A stretch of DNA of 63,605 bases, counting the filler, from Cercozoa sp. M6MM (lineage: Eukaryota; Protista; Endomyxa: Ascetosporea): the NCBI GenBank assembly GCA_040357565.1. It is 13 parts of 13 records of this genome, joined end to end, with 100 filler letters (N's around TTAATTAATTAA, not from the genome) between each part and the next. Parts side by side here need not be neighbours in the genome. Positions count along the whole stretch, not along the records: positions 49,085 to 51,619 come from JBDODJ010001746.1; positions 51,720 to 55,038 come from JBDODJ010001503.1; positions 55,139 to 58,165 come from JBDODJ010001644.1; positions 58,266 to 60,825 come from JBDODJ010001740.1; positions 60,926 to 63,605 come from JBDODJ010001721.1; 8 more parts are not named here. One strand, 5' to 3'. The position numbers were made by a program, and so were the translations under genes. Positions 49,262 to 62,615 of the stretch are shown one piece after another (positions within the stretch are counted from its first letter, which is position 1; each line of letters opens with the position of its first letter). Under the pieces are notes generated by a model. That model searched no databases. It saw only the letters and a list, made by a program, of their open reading frames with translations, and had not been told where the DNA came from.

Positions 49262-49469
49262 CATTCATTGCGGCTCCAAGTACGCCATACTCTCAAACTT
49301 GCTGTCGTCACGTCGTTCGCGTACGGAATCTCGGTCGGGAGGCGGATCAAGAGTCGGATCAAGAGTCGGATCAAAAATGTCGAAGTCAGGGACACTCAAC
49401 TCCCGGGTCGGAAGAGAGGATACGTACAAAGTGACCGTTCATCAAAGTCACTCCATCGAGAAGCAGTGA
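49262..49469 (+). CDS. Terminal exon of an unknown gene (Ser/Arg/Gly-rich)
   Basis: Follows a (CA)n intron and a TAG acceptor: ..SRSGGGSRVGSRVGSKMSKSG..HSIEKQ-TGA. Confidence 0.35.
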
Positions 49470-52402
49470 TTTAAATGAGCTGAACAATGGACTAAAACGC
49501 CCAACGCTGGTATTACCGTAGAAATACTGCCCTGAGGTATCAGTATGGAAGGAAACTAAGTTTTAAATTTACAGTAAATTGAACCGTCTTGGCTACTGTA
49601 TGTGGGCCAGTCTCAGTTCCGTCCGTGATACGATTCGTTCAAGTTACGGTCTTTTTTGGAAGTGTGACAGAACGTGGCCGTAGTGAGGAATTAGTATAGG
49701 TTCCTTCTGGAAGTGCACCAAGTCTTCTTTACCAATGGCCGTAGCGCTGCGAGCCATTGCGGTTTGGCTGCTGAATGTTGAAGGACACACCGGCGACATT
49801 GTGTTTCTTGTCAGCCTTCAAGTGTGCTTCAGTGTAGCGAGATTCCTGACATTGAAGAGCGGAGATAAATTTAATCGACAGTGTGAAATGTTCAGGTGTC
49901 TGTGTACTGTAGCACTCAGAATGTACAGTACCACATGCGACTTGGATTCTTGCGTCGGCAGAACGTGGCTTTGCTGAATCGACACCTTCTTCGAGCTCGA
50001 GCGTTTTGTTGAGCTTAGTTTGCGACGACGCGCACTAGGAAGCGACAGTCGTCGTCCTCCAACTCGCCCTGCCAGGTGTAAGCGACATGATCTGTATTTG
50101 TGTTGTTTGAAGAGACTGCTTACGAGCTTTCGTCAGATCGTCTTTTTGAGTCATTTTCTCCAACAGTTGTCGTGCTTGTTTTGTTTCACTTTGAGCAAGA
50201 ACGTTCGACTACGGACCGAATTCGAGCGTTATAGGTTTATAAACGCAATGTTTGGCGAGTGGCACCGTGTTTAGCTTCAAGTTAAACGACTTGGTAGCAA
50301 ATTTGTTGCAGTCTTTCGTTTCAAATCCGCGCGAAACGACGTTTCCAAAATTTCTCCCTTCAAGTTGACCCAAAGAAAAACAGTCAAACGTTAGCGTAAC
50401 ACGTCGAAAATAACAGAAATTTAGTGCCTTCACGTACTAATACGTATCAGCCCCGCAATTAGTCACGTTGTTGCAGCACACACAACAGCTGAATGAGCTG
50501 CTGTTCGGACATAGAAAGTGCGAGAATGCAGCGAAGTGCTTGCGAGATGGGATGCAGTCAGTTGCATGAATCTTAGGAGGGAAGGATGAGAGGTCTGAAA
50601 GCGATTGCAGTCGTTTTTGTGATCGCAATAACGAGTGTTCAAGCTCAGTGCAGGATCTCGCAACTCACCGGCACTGAGTTGTACGACTCAAGGCGACATT
50701 TCAGTATTTTACGTTTCGAGAAACTAAAAGTGGTGCTCTTTCAGTTGTGTTGAGCATCTTAACGCAGACGCTTGTTGCACGGGAATCAAGACCATCGATG
50801 CGTTGCTTTGTGTCGTCCAACTAACGACCGGGTACATACATACAGATGCGAAACTGAACTGGACCTTTGTGAGACACGTGAAAGCTCAAGCGACAATTTT
50901 GTTTGAGCAGACGATGCAAGCAACTCGGTTGCAGGTGGTCTTCCAAGCGCGTAACTGGACCGACTTGTCGAAAGGCGGAAGGCTTTTACCCGTACTCTGA
51001 AATAAGGTCGGCATTGAGTCAGTTGAGTGCATGTCCACTGCCTTGCACCGAGGGCACACTTCGAACTGCCGTGGGAGCTGTCGGAAACGACGCGTATCAA
51101 TGCTTTTTTAGCTAAACCGTGTTTTTAGACTGTTTCTATTTCGTCTATGTCACAGAGACACAGTGAATCTCAAATGCCTGCTGCGTCCTTTTCGCACGCA
51201 AATCGGCAATGGTAAGACCGACCTGACTCCTTTCGAGCTGGCTGTTTTTTAGACACTGCTGACTGGTACTGCATGGTAGGCGACACCTGCAGCATCGAGT
51301 GTGCCTATCGAAAGAACAAAATGGTCGTTGCAACGTACAGTTTTTGTTATTCAACTAAGCGTGAAGTTAATAGAGGTTGTTTTGTGGTAGCTGCCAAGCT
51401 GGCAGTGTCAGACTGAGCACGCCAAATTTCTCGTGTCCACCTCGATGCTCGCGTCTGCCTCCAGACACAGGTAATATACAGCTTTTATTTTGTCAATAAA
51501 GCTTGTTTATCTTCCTTGCACTTTCGTCAATTTGTCAGGAGCGCCTGTTGGTACTCGAGTCAACGTGAAATGCGCCCAGAGTTTTCGTTTCTTTGGTCGG
51601 TAAACTGAAACCCCCCCCCNNNNNNNNNNNNNNNNNNNNNNNNNNNNNNNNNNNNNNNNNNNNTTAATTAATTAANNNNNNNNNNNNNNNNNNNNNNNNN
51701 NNNNNNNNNNNNNNNNNNNCAAATTTGAATTCGTTGTTGTAAACTCGTCCGTCGATCTGAAGGCACAAAAATGGTTGACCATTGGTTTCCGCGCTCCGCC
51801 CCCCCATTGATCTTAAGGGTACCGAATCAGGTCACGTGACCATGGCAGCAACTGCAGCGATTCCACCGTGCCACGCGCGTAACTACGCCGCTGCTTCATC
51901 TCTGTCCACGCGGAGTTGTCACCCTGACTCGCTGAAGTCGAGGCCGCCGACGCGTCGCTGTCATTGCGCGCTCCCAGACCTGAGTATCAACAAGACCTCT
52001 CACAGCAGAACGACAAAATTGACACAAATGCCAACACAATGCACCTAGGAAGCGCAACATGCGTCACACAGCGCGTCACACACGCTGTGACGCTCTCTCA
52101 ATCGTTGGTTGGCCCAAGTCCTTCAAGACAGTTTCGATCGCTCCTGATCTGAGGCAATACAGTATTGGGACGTTTCACACCCCCTTCACATTATTCGCTT
52201 TCGCACGCACTTCAAAGCAGAAATGAGTCCAATCTTTTAGATTCAGGCTGTCAACCTCGGCCGTAGGGCAGTTTTTTGTTTTCCGGTTTTTCAAGACTGC
52301 ACCCTACCTAAGTGTGGACCTGTCGCGTAGTTTACTTTCAGCTGGTTAGCCTGGCCTGGCTGATCGGTTAACCTAAACTGTAGATAGTTTGGAGTCGATA
52401 TT

Positions 52403-54270
52403 TTACTCGAGCTTGCCGACAATGGCGCTCACGAACTCCGTGGTCGTCGAGTTGCCGCCCATGTCCGGCTGAACAACGCCACAGTATCAGTCGGAAGGGA
52501 AGGGCAGGCTACTACACAAGTGCAAGACAGTGTGTACCGTGAGAACGGCGCGCTCGCCGATCGTGGCCTTGGTGGCGTTCTCGATGTTGTCGGCGAACGT
52601 GTTGAGGTGCATGTGACGCAGCATCATGCACGCCGACAGCAGCATACCTGGACAGGGCGGTCAGGGGGGTAAAGGGGGGCAAACAGTTCTCGTACCCGTC
52701 GGGTTGGCGACGTTCTTGCCAGCGATGTCGGCAGCAACGTGGCGCACACCCTGTCATTGACGGGGGGAGGGGTAAAGAATACGGTAAAGAATACGAAGGA
52801 GGGGTTGAAGAATGCAAACGAATCATACCTGCTCGAAGAGAGCGACGTCCTCGCCAACGTTGGCACCACCAATGATACCCGGACTGTCACATATCAATAG
52901 TCCCCATCCGGGGGGGGGGGTGAAGGGCAAGAGGAAGATGGCACCCGCCAACGAGACCGGCACCAATGTTGCCGACAATGTTGCCGTACAGGTTCGGCAT
53001 GACCTACACACAGGAGTAAAGGGTAAGGGGGGTAAAGTAGGGGGAAGTAAGGGGTAAATCAGCGCACCATGATGTCGAACTGCTCCGGTCGCGACACAAG
53101 CTGCATGGCGCAGTTGTCGATGATGATGTCCTCGGCCTGGATCTTGTCGTACTTCTCAGCCATGTCCTTGCACATCTTGAGGAAGAGACCTGCAGTCAAC
53201 AAAGTTAAGGCAGTACAATCAAGGTAGCACAAGGACTGTACCGTCGGCCTGCTTCATGATGTTGGCCTTGTGCACAACGTGCACCTTCTTGCGTCCGTTG
53301 AGGTGAGCGAACTCGAAGGCGTACTTGGCGATCTTCTCGATCTTGTCGGCCGACATAATCTTGAGCGACCTGCGCACAAAGCATCACTTGTTGCAGCTGC
53401 GCTTTACCCCACCCTTTACCCCCCCCCCCACAGCAAGTGTACTCAACAACGCCGGGGACGACCTGGTGCTCAAGGCCCGAGTACTCGCCCTCCGTGTTCT
53501 CACGGATGATCGTGATGTTGACCTGTGCAGGTCGGGAAGGGTAGTTAGCAAGGAGGTAGGGCTAGGTAATAAGGATATATACCGGGCCGTGTCGCGTCGG
53601 GTGGTTCGGCATGGAAGCGACATTGACGATCGAGGCGTACAGGTCAAGCTCCTGGCGGATCTGCAGGTTGAGCGACTTGCAGCCCTCGCCTGTCGACCCA
53701 GACACATGCAACTCTCCCTTCAGTACCCATCAAACCCAGAGGAATCGTGCGTACCAACCGGCGTCTGGAAGAGACCGGCCTGCATGCCAACGCCGTTGGT
53801 ACGGAGCGACTGCACCAGCTCGTCGCTGATCTTGCCCTGCTTGTCCTGCAGCACAAACACACATCGATACAGACCAAGACACTATCCATCTAGTACACTA
53901 TCCATCTTAGACAAGCCTACAATCAGCGCCGACGGCGTCTCGAACACCACCGGAACACGAGCGGCCTCGAACACCTGCTTGCAGGTCCAGCATCATCAAC
54001 ACGGCATGCTGCGCAATCCATCCCTACCGTCTGCACGGCCGTCGACAGCTCCGGACCAATGCCGTGACCCTCGATGAGCGTAACCTTGTGCTCGTTGGCA
54101 GCACCAGGGCGCGGCACGTAGGCCGAAAAGGCACGCGACTAAAGAAGACACACAAACTTGCACGTGCCAACTGGGGCAGAAACGACAAACCGGAAAAACA
54201 CAGCGCTTTTTTGTGGGATGCGAACCTGCAGCGAGCGACGCGCGGCGACGGCGGCACGGGACATGACCAT
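52403..54270 (-). CDS. IDH3: NAD-dependent isocitrate dehydrogenase, regulatory (non-catalytic) subunit, mitochondrial
   Basis: [13 protein letters not shown]; [14 protein letters not shown]; [15 protein letters not shown]; [15 protein letters not shown]; [17 protein letters not shown]; MPNLYGNIV (N rather than D indicates the regulatory type); ANPTG; PDMGG. Confidence 0.95.
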
Positions 54271-54573
54271 GATTTGCGGCAGACACGCAGAGCGACAGAC
54301 GACTAAGGCGCGAGACAAGCTGCTTGAGATGCCGCGAGTTGCATGCGGCGCACACTTAACATATTTTTTGTGGGGTGATTGAAGTGTGTCTGCGTCTTTT
54401 CATTGGTTCTCACAATGTCCAAGCCTACAAACGCTCAACGAGCACTTGCTCACGTACAACGGTTGCAGGTAAAATCATCTATATGCGCACCGATTTTAAA
54501 CGGTTACGAGAAGTACGTGTTTTTTGTCGCTTAGGAAGCTGGTGTCAAGGGCATCCACGGTGTCTGAGCATCC

Positions 54574-54988
54574 ATGTCCTATACTGTTGTAGATTATGTA
54601 AATTTGCTTGTAGATTCAGAAGGATTGACTGCATTTCCCTTGGAAGACAGGCACATTCATGTAGCCAGTCAGCACATGTGCAGTATTATGTTTGTTTGCA
54701 GGGAACATGGAGGCGCACCTGATCATCACGTTCTGGTGGTATTCTTTTGGCAATTCTGTGCGTTGAACGCACTGAAAGAACACACGTGCAGGACAATGAG
54801 ACGGCGCTGTCGTCGCTGGCAGTCTGGGGCTGCCGATTTAACGCCTTCCTGGGCCTGCGCACTCTACTGCTAAGTACCCAGCTTCCTCTCTTGTACATGT
54901 GTATCTAAACACGTGTCGAACGTGTCTACTCAGCCAAGGAAGTGGCGGTGCTTGAGGTTGAACTGCGACCCGATCTGCAGCAACAACT
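54574..54988 (+). CDS. 5' exons of a hypothetical protein, truncated
   Basis: ATG at 54574 and short spliced exons; divergent from IDH. Confidence 0.3.
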
Positions 54989-54993
54989 GTACT

Positions 54994-55038
<45 letters not shown>

Positions 55039-55138
55039 NNNNNNNNNNNNNNNNNNNNNNNNNNNNNNNNNNNNNNNNNNNNTTAATTAATTAANNNNNN
55101 NNNNNNNNNNNNNNNNNNNNNNNNNNNNNNNNNNNNNN

Positions 55139-55172
<34 letters not shown>

Positions 55173-55197
55173 ACACACACACCTGCGCTTTTAAACA

Positions 55198-55709
55198 GGG
55201 CGTCGGGGAAGCCCACACAATCGGCGCGTAACGATTGTCAGGGATCTGCAGGGCCAGTTTGTGGATTGGGGAACCGGCCGCATGCGTCTGTCGAGCAAGT
55301 TGCGCGTTCTGCAGGGCTTGAACTCCACCAAGGTGCGAGTGCACAGTGGATGCACACTTGTCGAACAAAAAAGGATTATTTATCGTGAGCATGAAAATTT
55401 AGGTACTGCAAAAGGCACAAAAACGTCGCATAAGGTTGCTGGGCAAAGGCGCCTTTTTGTCGGCCGATCAATGTTTCTTCGCCGTCGTTGATGGTAGTGG
55501 ATAAAGTCGTTTTGTCCTGTTGGATGTGATTTTTTTTCTTTGCACACAGATGAGCGAACGTTAGACCTTCAGGCGAGCAGTGTCGAAGAAGCGACTCGTT
55601 GGGTTTGCGGACTTCGTCGCCTCATCGGTACAATGGATTACTACCGCCCCATAGCACATGTACAGTAGTTCGCACTGGGTGAGGCGCAGAGGGCTTGCCA
55701 CAAGACTGA
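55198..55709 (+). CDS. C-terminal PH domain (PLC/Num1-like), 5' partial gene
   Basis: RRGSPHNRRV..DWG..RVLQG..DQCF..ERTLDLQASSVEEATRWVCGLRRL is a typical PH beta7-helix signature. Confidence 0.8.
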
Positions 55710-56289
55710 GAAACTACGCTTCAGAAGAAACTGAAATAAGATTGGCTCGACCACGACCACAGTTGTATCACTGAGGGTCGGTGCAGAAACTGTCACTGCT
55801 GGCTACAGCCTGTGTGACCAGCAATAAAAAACGTCAGCTGACCTCATAGCAGTAGTCACTAGTGTACACATACCGCCACAGTGGCCGTGCGGGCACTCAG
55901 AGGCTCTTGTGTCTCAACAGCGAAAAACGAAAACCCCGGTTTTTCCTTGATCAAAGCGGAGTGCTATTCACCAGGATGTGTCGCACGCCATGTAACGTTC
56001 CTTGATCGATCACGTTGTGATGTTGTATGACGCTGTGTGGTCGTTGTGTCTCGAGTGTGTTTTGTGCTGTGTGCGCGCTGTTGGGTCTTTTTTTGCGCAG
56101 CGTTGTGTTTCGTATTGGTGTTTTTGTGTAAGTGACTGTTCTTAGTTTTTCCCGGCACGGAGTACAACAGTGAGTCCAGCAAAGACAAGCAGGATCACGT
56201 GGACGCACTTCAGGCTTTCCGCTACGATATCTCAAACGTTGATGAAGTTTTCGCACCGGTATCAGCCCCTTAATTTCGTTGGCTGTTCT

Positions 56290-56479
56290 ATGCTACCGTG
56301 TCGTGCTTTTTTGTTCAGAAACTGCCGGACTTAAGCGCCTTGGAGCCTATTATTGCGCTCGAAGATAACAAAGTTTCGGCACCGCGACGACACTGCGTGC
56401 ACTCGCGCTGTCGGTGCAAACGCGATGCGTGTCGTGACGGCAGCGACAGCGAGACTTCGTACATTCAATTGCTCAAAAC

Positions 56480-56537
<58 letters not shown>

Positions 56538-57650
56538 AATAGTTTTCTTGGGGTGCCGCAGGGTCGATTCGGATGCGACGCTGCCGGACTCGGAATCGGA
56601 TGATGACACTGCTTCTGCCGCCTCAGCAGAAAGCATCAAAGATAAGGTCGCCGTCGATTTACCCGAGATCGAAATGAACCTTCCGTCAATCACACTGCCT
56701 GTTGAGCTGCCCGAAATGCCACTGTACCCTGCCGTCTTTTGCATTTGTACAGAAGGTTCAATGGGTTGTCGGTAGTCCGGGCAGTGCGACCCCTTCACTC
56801 GGCACGGACTTTTCCCTCCTGTCGACAGAGTCAAAACCCGTTCCCTCGGCTCACGAGGTGCGTCGTTTGATTGCATGTGATGCCAGTACATATCAATCCA
56901 ATATTGTACGCTTTGGTCCTGCAGGTGCCACAGGTGACGTTGCCGAGTCCCAGTTTCCACCCCGGGAAGAGCAGTGCACCGAAGCGTCACCATGCTGCTA
57001 TCTCTCAGCAGACCGTGCTCCCTGTACTTTGGTCTATTTGTAACACCTCACTCATTCCTGTTGTATTGCTGTACACATTTGGACGCTGGCGCAGGCCCCA
57101 TGGGCGAAGGCGCCGACGCTGCAAGAGCCGCTCGTGGAGCCGGCGAAGCGACAGCACGCCTCCGAGGAACGCGCACCCAAGCGTTGTAAGCACGCATGCA
57201 CCAACTGCTACAAGAGCAAGGTAGCTGCCGCACAACCTGCGTCGCATGTTTCGTTGTGGTGGGAGCATGTGTGTGTGTGTGTGTGTGCGTGTTCAGACAC
57301 GCTGCTCGGGTCAGCGTCCGTGCCAGCGTTGTGTGCGCCTTGGCAAGGAGGACTCTTGCGTCGACCGTCAGCACAAGAAGCTTGGGAGGTACCTGTTTGC
57401 GCATGTGGTGTGTGCATACGTGTGCGCTTGTGTCTGTGTACAATGCACGTCTGCAGACCGCGCAAGGTGCGCAACCAGCCTCGCTCGCGTCTGCACCCTG
57501 GCGTTCCCGACGCACTCGTGCTCCAGCAGATGCTCGTGCAGAACCCTGTACACCAGCTTTCGCGTTGTCTCGCCAGGTGTGTATGCGTGATGCATGGTCA
57601 TGCACAGGGCCTCGTGACGGTTTTGCAACAGCTGCAGCAGCAACAACAAA

Positions 57651-57682
<32 letters not shown>

Positions 57683-57997
57683 TGGATGTGGCAGCAGCCT
57701 GCTTCTGCCCCGACTTCAAACTCAGTAGCTCTTCCGGCTCATCAGGTCCGTGCACGTGTCTGTGTCTGCCTATTTTATGTGTCTTTTGTGATGACCTATT
57801 TTTTTGCAGGCTGCGGCCGCCTTAGCAAGGGTTCCGAACAATGCGATGGTTCACGTTGTACATTCGCTTGCTGGCTGTCTTGTGCTTTTGTGTGTCCTCT
57901 GTACAGTAAGTACGCTGTGTAGTCTGTGACATTGCCGCAACAGCAACCGACAAACCAGCTGCCGAGTCTGACCAGTTTTACTAACACTGGCAGTTGA
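56290..57997 (+). CDS. Zn(II)2Cys6 (Gal4-type) transcription factor with polyQ
   Basis: ACTNCYKSK|TRCSGQRPCQRCVRLGKEDSC = C-x2-C-x6-C-x5-C-x2-C-x8-C, followed by KKLGRPRK and a Q-rich region. Start uncertain. Confidence 0.88.
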
Positions 57998-58265
57998 CTG
58001 GTAGTTAAATCCATTGCCGCCCAGGTTGATGTGACACGCGACGGCTATCGGATACTCAACCGCTAGTTCCCGAAAACATACGGTACGGTCCGTGGGTTCT
58101 GGGGCGTTGAAGCCCACATTTAAATACGCGTGCTAACTATCATCAGTGCATGAGCATATAAGATTNNNNNNNNNNNNNNNNNNNNNNNNNNNNNNNNNNN
58201 NNNNNNNNNTTAATTAATTAANNNNNNNNNNNNNNNNNNNNNNNNNNNNNNNNNNNNNNNNNNNN

Positions 58266-58395
<130 letters not shown>

Positions 58396-58399
58396 TTTA

Positions 58400-59474
58400 C
58401 GTGTAAGAAATCGTCTTGCGTTTCTTGGCGACGGTGGCACACAGCATGCCAAGCAACAGCACCGTGATGGCCAAGGCGTGGGCGATCACCAGTGAAAGAA
58501 TCGAAGGTGTGGGTGGGGTTGCAATGTGCAAGTTGATAGCCATGCAAGTCAGCGCTGCGAGCACCTACAGAACATAATTCAGATAGACACAAACTCTGTG
58601 GGTTCAGAAACTGAAGGTTTAAAAGTACTGAGGGTTTACCGCAATGGACCATGGTTGAGCACCCATTGGAGGGGCTTCTACACTTGCTGTTGATTGCAGG
58701 CGCGTCACCGACCGCGGCGGGATCGGGGGTTGTTGTATCTGCACCTGTACGTTGTCTTCGACACCGCCATTGGGAAAATCAGCCGTCACCGCATTCTCGT
58801 TGGCGTCGGTAGGTTCTTCAATGCTCGAATGCTCCACTGCGCTTTCGCTTGCCAGCATGAGGTGCATTGTGAAAAGACACACCCACTATGCGTGCACGAT
58901 AAATACAACTGAAGTGCGCCCCAACCTCCGTAAACAACTCAGACAAAGCACGCATACTGCTATGGCCGAGAAGGCATCCACTGCAGGAGGAGACTCCATC
59001 GCCCACATTGTCAGCACTTGCGATGCGTGTATTCCAACGCTAACGGCACCGACAGCACCGCACAGCGCAACTGTGCTGAAGCACAAACGGCTCCGCAACG
59101 ACGCGCGTTGTAACGACCTACGGCGGTACTCACGTTGCTGCTGCGACAACCTGCGTGCCAGCTCGCGCGTGGCTTCGATCATGCGAGACAAAGAAGACGT
59201 GTCATTGCTCGCAATTGCTTCCTCTCGTGCCGTTGATATCACCCTACCAGTACATTTGCAGGAGCTGACTGAGAGTGAAGTGTAAACTTAGTCGGTACTC
59301 AGTGGTAATATGACTGCTGTCAAGGTCGCTTTGCGTCGTCTCTAATGGCATTTCGCTAAAGCAAGGAGCTAGATTTAGTTCATGGATCGACTCTGTGTGG
59401 ATTAAAACAGCACAGACGCAGAGTGTCGCACGCACGTGCATTTCGGACTTTGCGCAGTTAGCCACGAGGTTCAT
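58400..59474 (-). CDS. Hypothetical coiled-coil/TM protein, 3' partial
   Basis: MIEATRELARRLSQQQREYRRR followed by hydrophobic LCFSTVALCGAVGAVSVGI; spliced exons. Confidence 0.4.
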
Positions 59475-59557
59475 TTCCTTTGCTTTCTCCCTTAACTAAA
59501 ATACACTGTTGTGCAGAGTTGCCTCTTGTAAGATTGCTCAGTAGAGGTTGCGGTGCC

Positions 59558-60600
59558 ATGTTCGCACTAGTGGTTCTTGTGTTCGTCGCTTCAGTCAATG
59601 CCTTCATTCGGGGTAGTGGAATATTGATGCCAGTTGACACAAGTTTGCTTTGTGTGTCGGTGTGGATGTTGAGAAATGCGATACCTCACTCCTTCTTTGT
59701 CTGGGCGAACGATAGAAATGAAGCCGAAGGAGCAAGATTGTGTGTTCCACTACACTCACCACAAGGAGAAGTTGTACGCTTCCTACGAGATCGTGTCAGA
59801 CGATACCTTTGCCACCCTCAATGGTAATCTCCCGTTCCAACAATTGATAACCCCTCCGTTGCAGTTTATGTACATATGTCATCGCAGCGCAAATCTACGA
59901 CCCGGATCTCCAATTGATTTACGATCAGCAACAAAAGCGCAAAGACCACTACGAAGGGCACGCAATTTTTGACGCAGAAAAAACGGGCTTCTACCAGATC
60001 TGCTTCATAAGCAGCGCTTCATTTCACACGCAGAAGATGTGAGACGTGTATTTACTCTTCTCAGAGCACTATTTGTTGCGTCTGCAGATAGCGTTCGAGT
60101 TCAAGAGCGAAGGTGAACTCACGGGTGCCAACAGTCTCGACGGTATTTCTTTTTGTTTACCGACTGCTCCTTGCCTCTGTGCTATTCTACTGGCACGTCT
60201 CCTGAGCAGGGTTGCTACAACAGAGCGAAGTGCACGCGATCCGTACACTTGCAGGCTCCAAGGACATGCTTGCCATGCTGGGCTACTCACGCCAACGCTC
60301 GGACGTCGCCTTCAAGTGTAAAATTCAACTTAATCTGCACCTTGCAGCCATGCATTTAACGTTGTTATCTTAGCCACGAATATGGCATCGCGTCGTGTTG
60401 TCTACTGGGCGGCCATAAAGCTGATCTTGCTGGTACACGATGCGACTGTCACATCCATATGACAAGTGAAGGGATACGTTGCCTTGGGGGTCACCAGGTG
60501 GCTGGCACGGCAGTGAACATCGTCGTACTGCAGCGCATGCTGACTCCCAAAGAACGCAAATACGCTGCTGTACCTACCACCGGTAATTGCCCTTGGACAA

Positions 60601-60662
<62 letters not shown>

Positions 60663-60709
60663 CCCCTGTCTCCTGTGTTACCATCTTGTCTCCCCAGATG
60701 AGAGTTTGA
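59558..60709 (+). CDS. p24/emp24/TMED family GOLD-domain cargo receptor
   Basis: Signal peptide; IEMKPKEQDCVFH..SYEIV..IYDPD..KTGFYQICF; coiled coil; RRVVYWAAIK TM; short tail ending MRV-TGA. Confidence 0.88.
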
Positions 60710-60772
60710 CAACTCCGTATCCGACACAAGCGGGTGAAGCGTTTCGAGGCAGCACGCGAGCGGTACATCGAT

Positions 60773-60825
<53 letters not shown>

Positions 60826-61021
60826 NNNNNNNNNNNNNNNNNNNNNNNNNNNNNNNNNNNNNNNNNNNNTTAATTAATTAANNNNNNNNNNNNNNNNNNN
60901 NNNNNNNNNNNNNNNNNNNNNNNNNTCCAGCGCGCAGTGACGCACGCCGTGTCGCACCTGGTGGGGGGGGGGGAGGGGGGGGAAGGGGGGTAAGGAGGGG
61001 GGGTAAGGAGGGGGGGTAAAG

Positions 61022-61563
61022 CTACCCCAGCGTGACGAAGGATGCCTCACGCAGCGTCATCGGCGTCTCGGAGGCGCCGATGTATCCGAGCAGTGTCGGC
61101 ACCAATTCGGGCCACATACTCTGCGGTGGCTACACACCATACCCCCTTAATTAACTCGTACATACCCCCTTAATTAACCCGTACATACCCCTTAATTAAA
61201 ACCTTACATACCCCATACCGTACATACCCCCTTAATAAAAAGTTGATACAAATTGTACCTGCTGCTGCTGCGGCGATTTCGGCGGCGCCAATTCGATTTT
61301 CGCCACTGCAGACACCAGCTGCGCCGCCGCGTTTCGCACCTGTCACCAGGGAGGGGGTAAGGAGGTGGGGAGGGGGTAGGCTAGGAGGTACAGATTCGTT
61401 GTTGGCCTTGAGCTGCTCCAGCGCGCAGTGACGCACGCCGTGTCGCACCTGGTGGGGGGGGGGNNNNNNNNNNNNNNNNNNNNNNNNNNNNNNNNNNNNN
61501 NNNNNNNNNNNNNNNNNNNNNNNNNNNNNNNNNNNNNNNNNNNNNNNNNNNNNNNNNNNNNNN

Positions 61564-61600
<37 letters not shown>

Positions 61601-62096
61601 AAACCTCATCCGGCTGCGAGATCCACCGCACGGTGAGTTGCTGCTGCCGCATTTTGCTCTTGGCCGACAAGGCGTTTTTCACCGTCATACCTGTCGTACA
61701 CAGGTACGGTACATGGGACCAGTACATACAGACCGGTACATATACATATACATATAAACCACTACATATCGACCTGTGCTTATGAACACATATGCTTAAG
61801 GAAGCGTGCAGTACCGGCAACAGCACGCAGAGTGTCATCGGCAGGCACTGCGCCCTGAAGGTGGGGGTAATGGGGGAGGGGGGGGGGGTAAAACACATGC
61901 TTATGTACCATGAAAATTCCGCACAGCTCTTGCAGGAACAAGCGAAAGTCGCTGTGTTCGGCATCCTGATCGAAGCGAGCGTTTCTCCAAGTCAGTCACA
62001 CTTAAATTAAAACCTCTCACACTGTACCTGCAACTGCTTGAGCGCCTGACGGTCACCCATGTGCGCATGTTGCAGCACCGGCAACAACTGCGACAT
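61022..62096 (-). CDS. KPNB1: Importin beta-1, N-terminal part
   Basis: FRLFLQELCGIF..RAVAGMTVKNALSAK..RWISQPDEVR..MWPELVPTLL..LREASFVTLG follows importin-beta HEAT repeats 1-4. Confidence 0.85.
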
Positions 62097-62615
62097 CTCT
62101 GCACAGTGCACAAGACAAAGCTTTCACATCGAAGCAGGACAATTGAACTGGCAAAAAAAAAAGGAACTCAAAGGCGCCAAAAGCCGAAAAAGATATTCTT
62201 CGCTATCCGGCACAAAAACGCACACGCAGCACACAACGCAGCGACAAGCACACATGGGTGGTGTATGACATCGCTGCGTCGCTCAATGTGCTGGCTGCGG
62301 CCATTACGAGAGAAAAAAACTTTGCCACACTGCCAGACTCTCGTGCAGCTCTTAACTAGCGCTACCTGAGTATTTTTCTACAAGCACACGCTGGAACGCA
62401 CCCAGTATCGCCAGGTTTAGTCGACATTTTAGTTTCGAAATTTCGTCCCCCAAAATTAAAATCTGCAGCCAACGTGTGTGCAATCGGCTACCGAAGTGCG
62501 CACGTAGGTGCACGTTGTAGGTTGGACTGATTGGGGCGATTAAGTCGCCTCAAGAAGATTGCTGTGCCGCGACCAGGAGAAACGGCGGAAAAGAAAACAA
62601 AACAAACCAACCGTG

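Noticed and set aside
60925-60972. Duplicate of importin exon sequence 61417-61463
   Set aside because: Same signature (contig end, poly-G junction), so probably a misassembly rather than an exon duplication.
61141-61240. CRISPR-like array
   Set aside because: Tandem units without unique spacers, inside a eukaryotic intron, with no cas genes.
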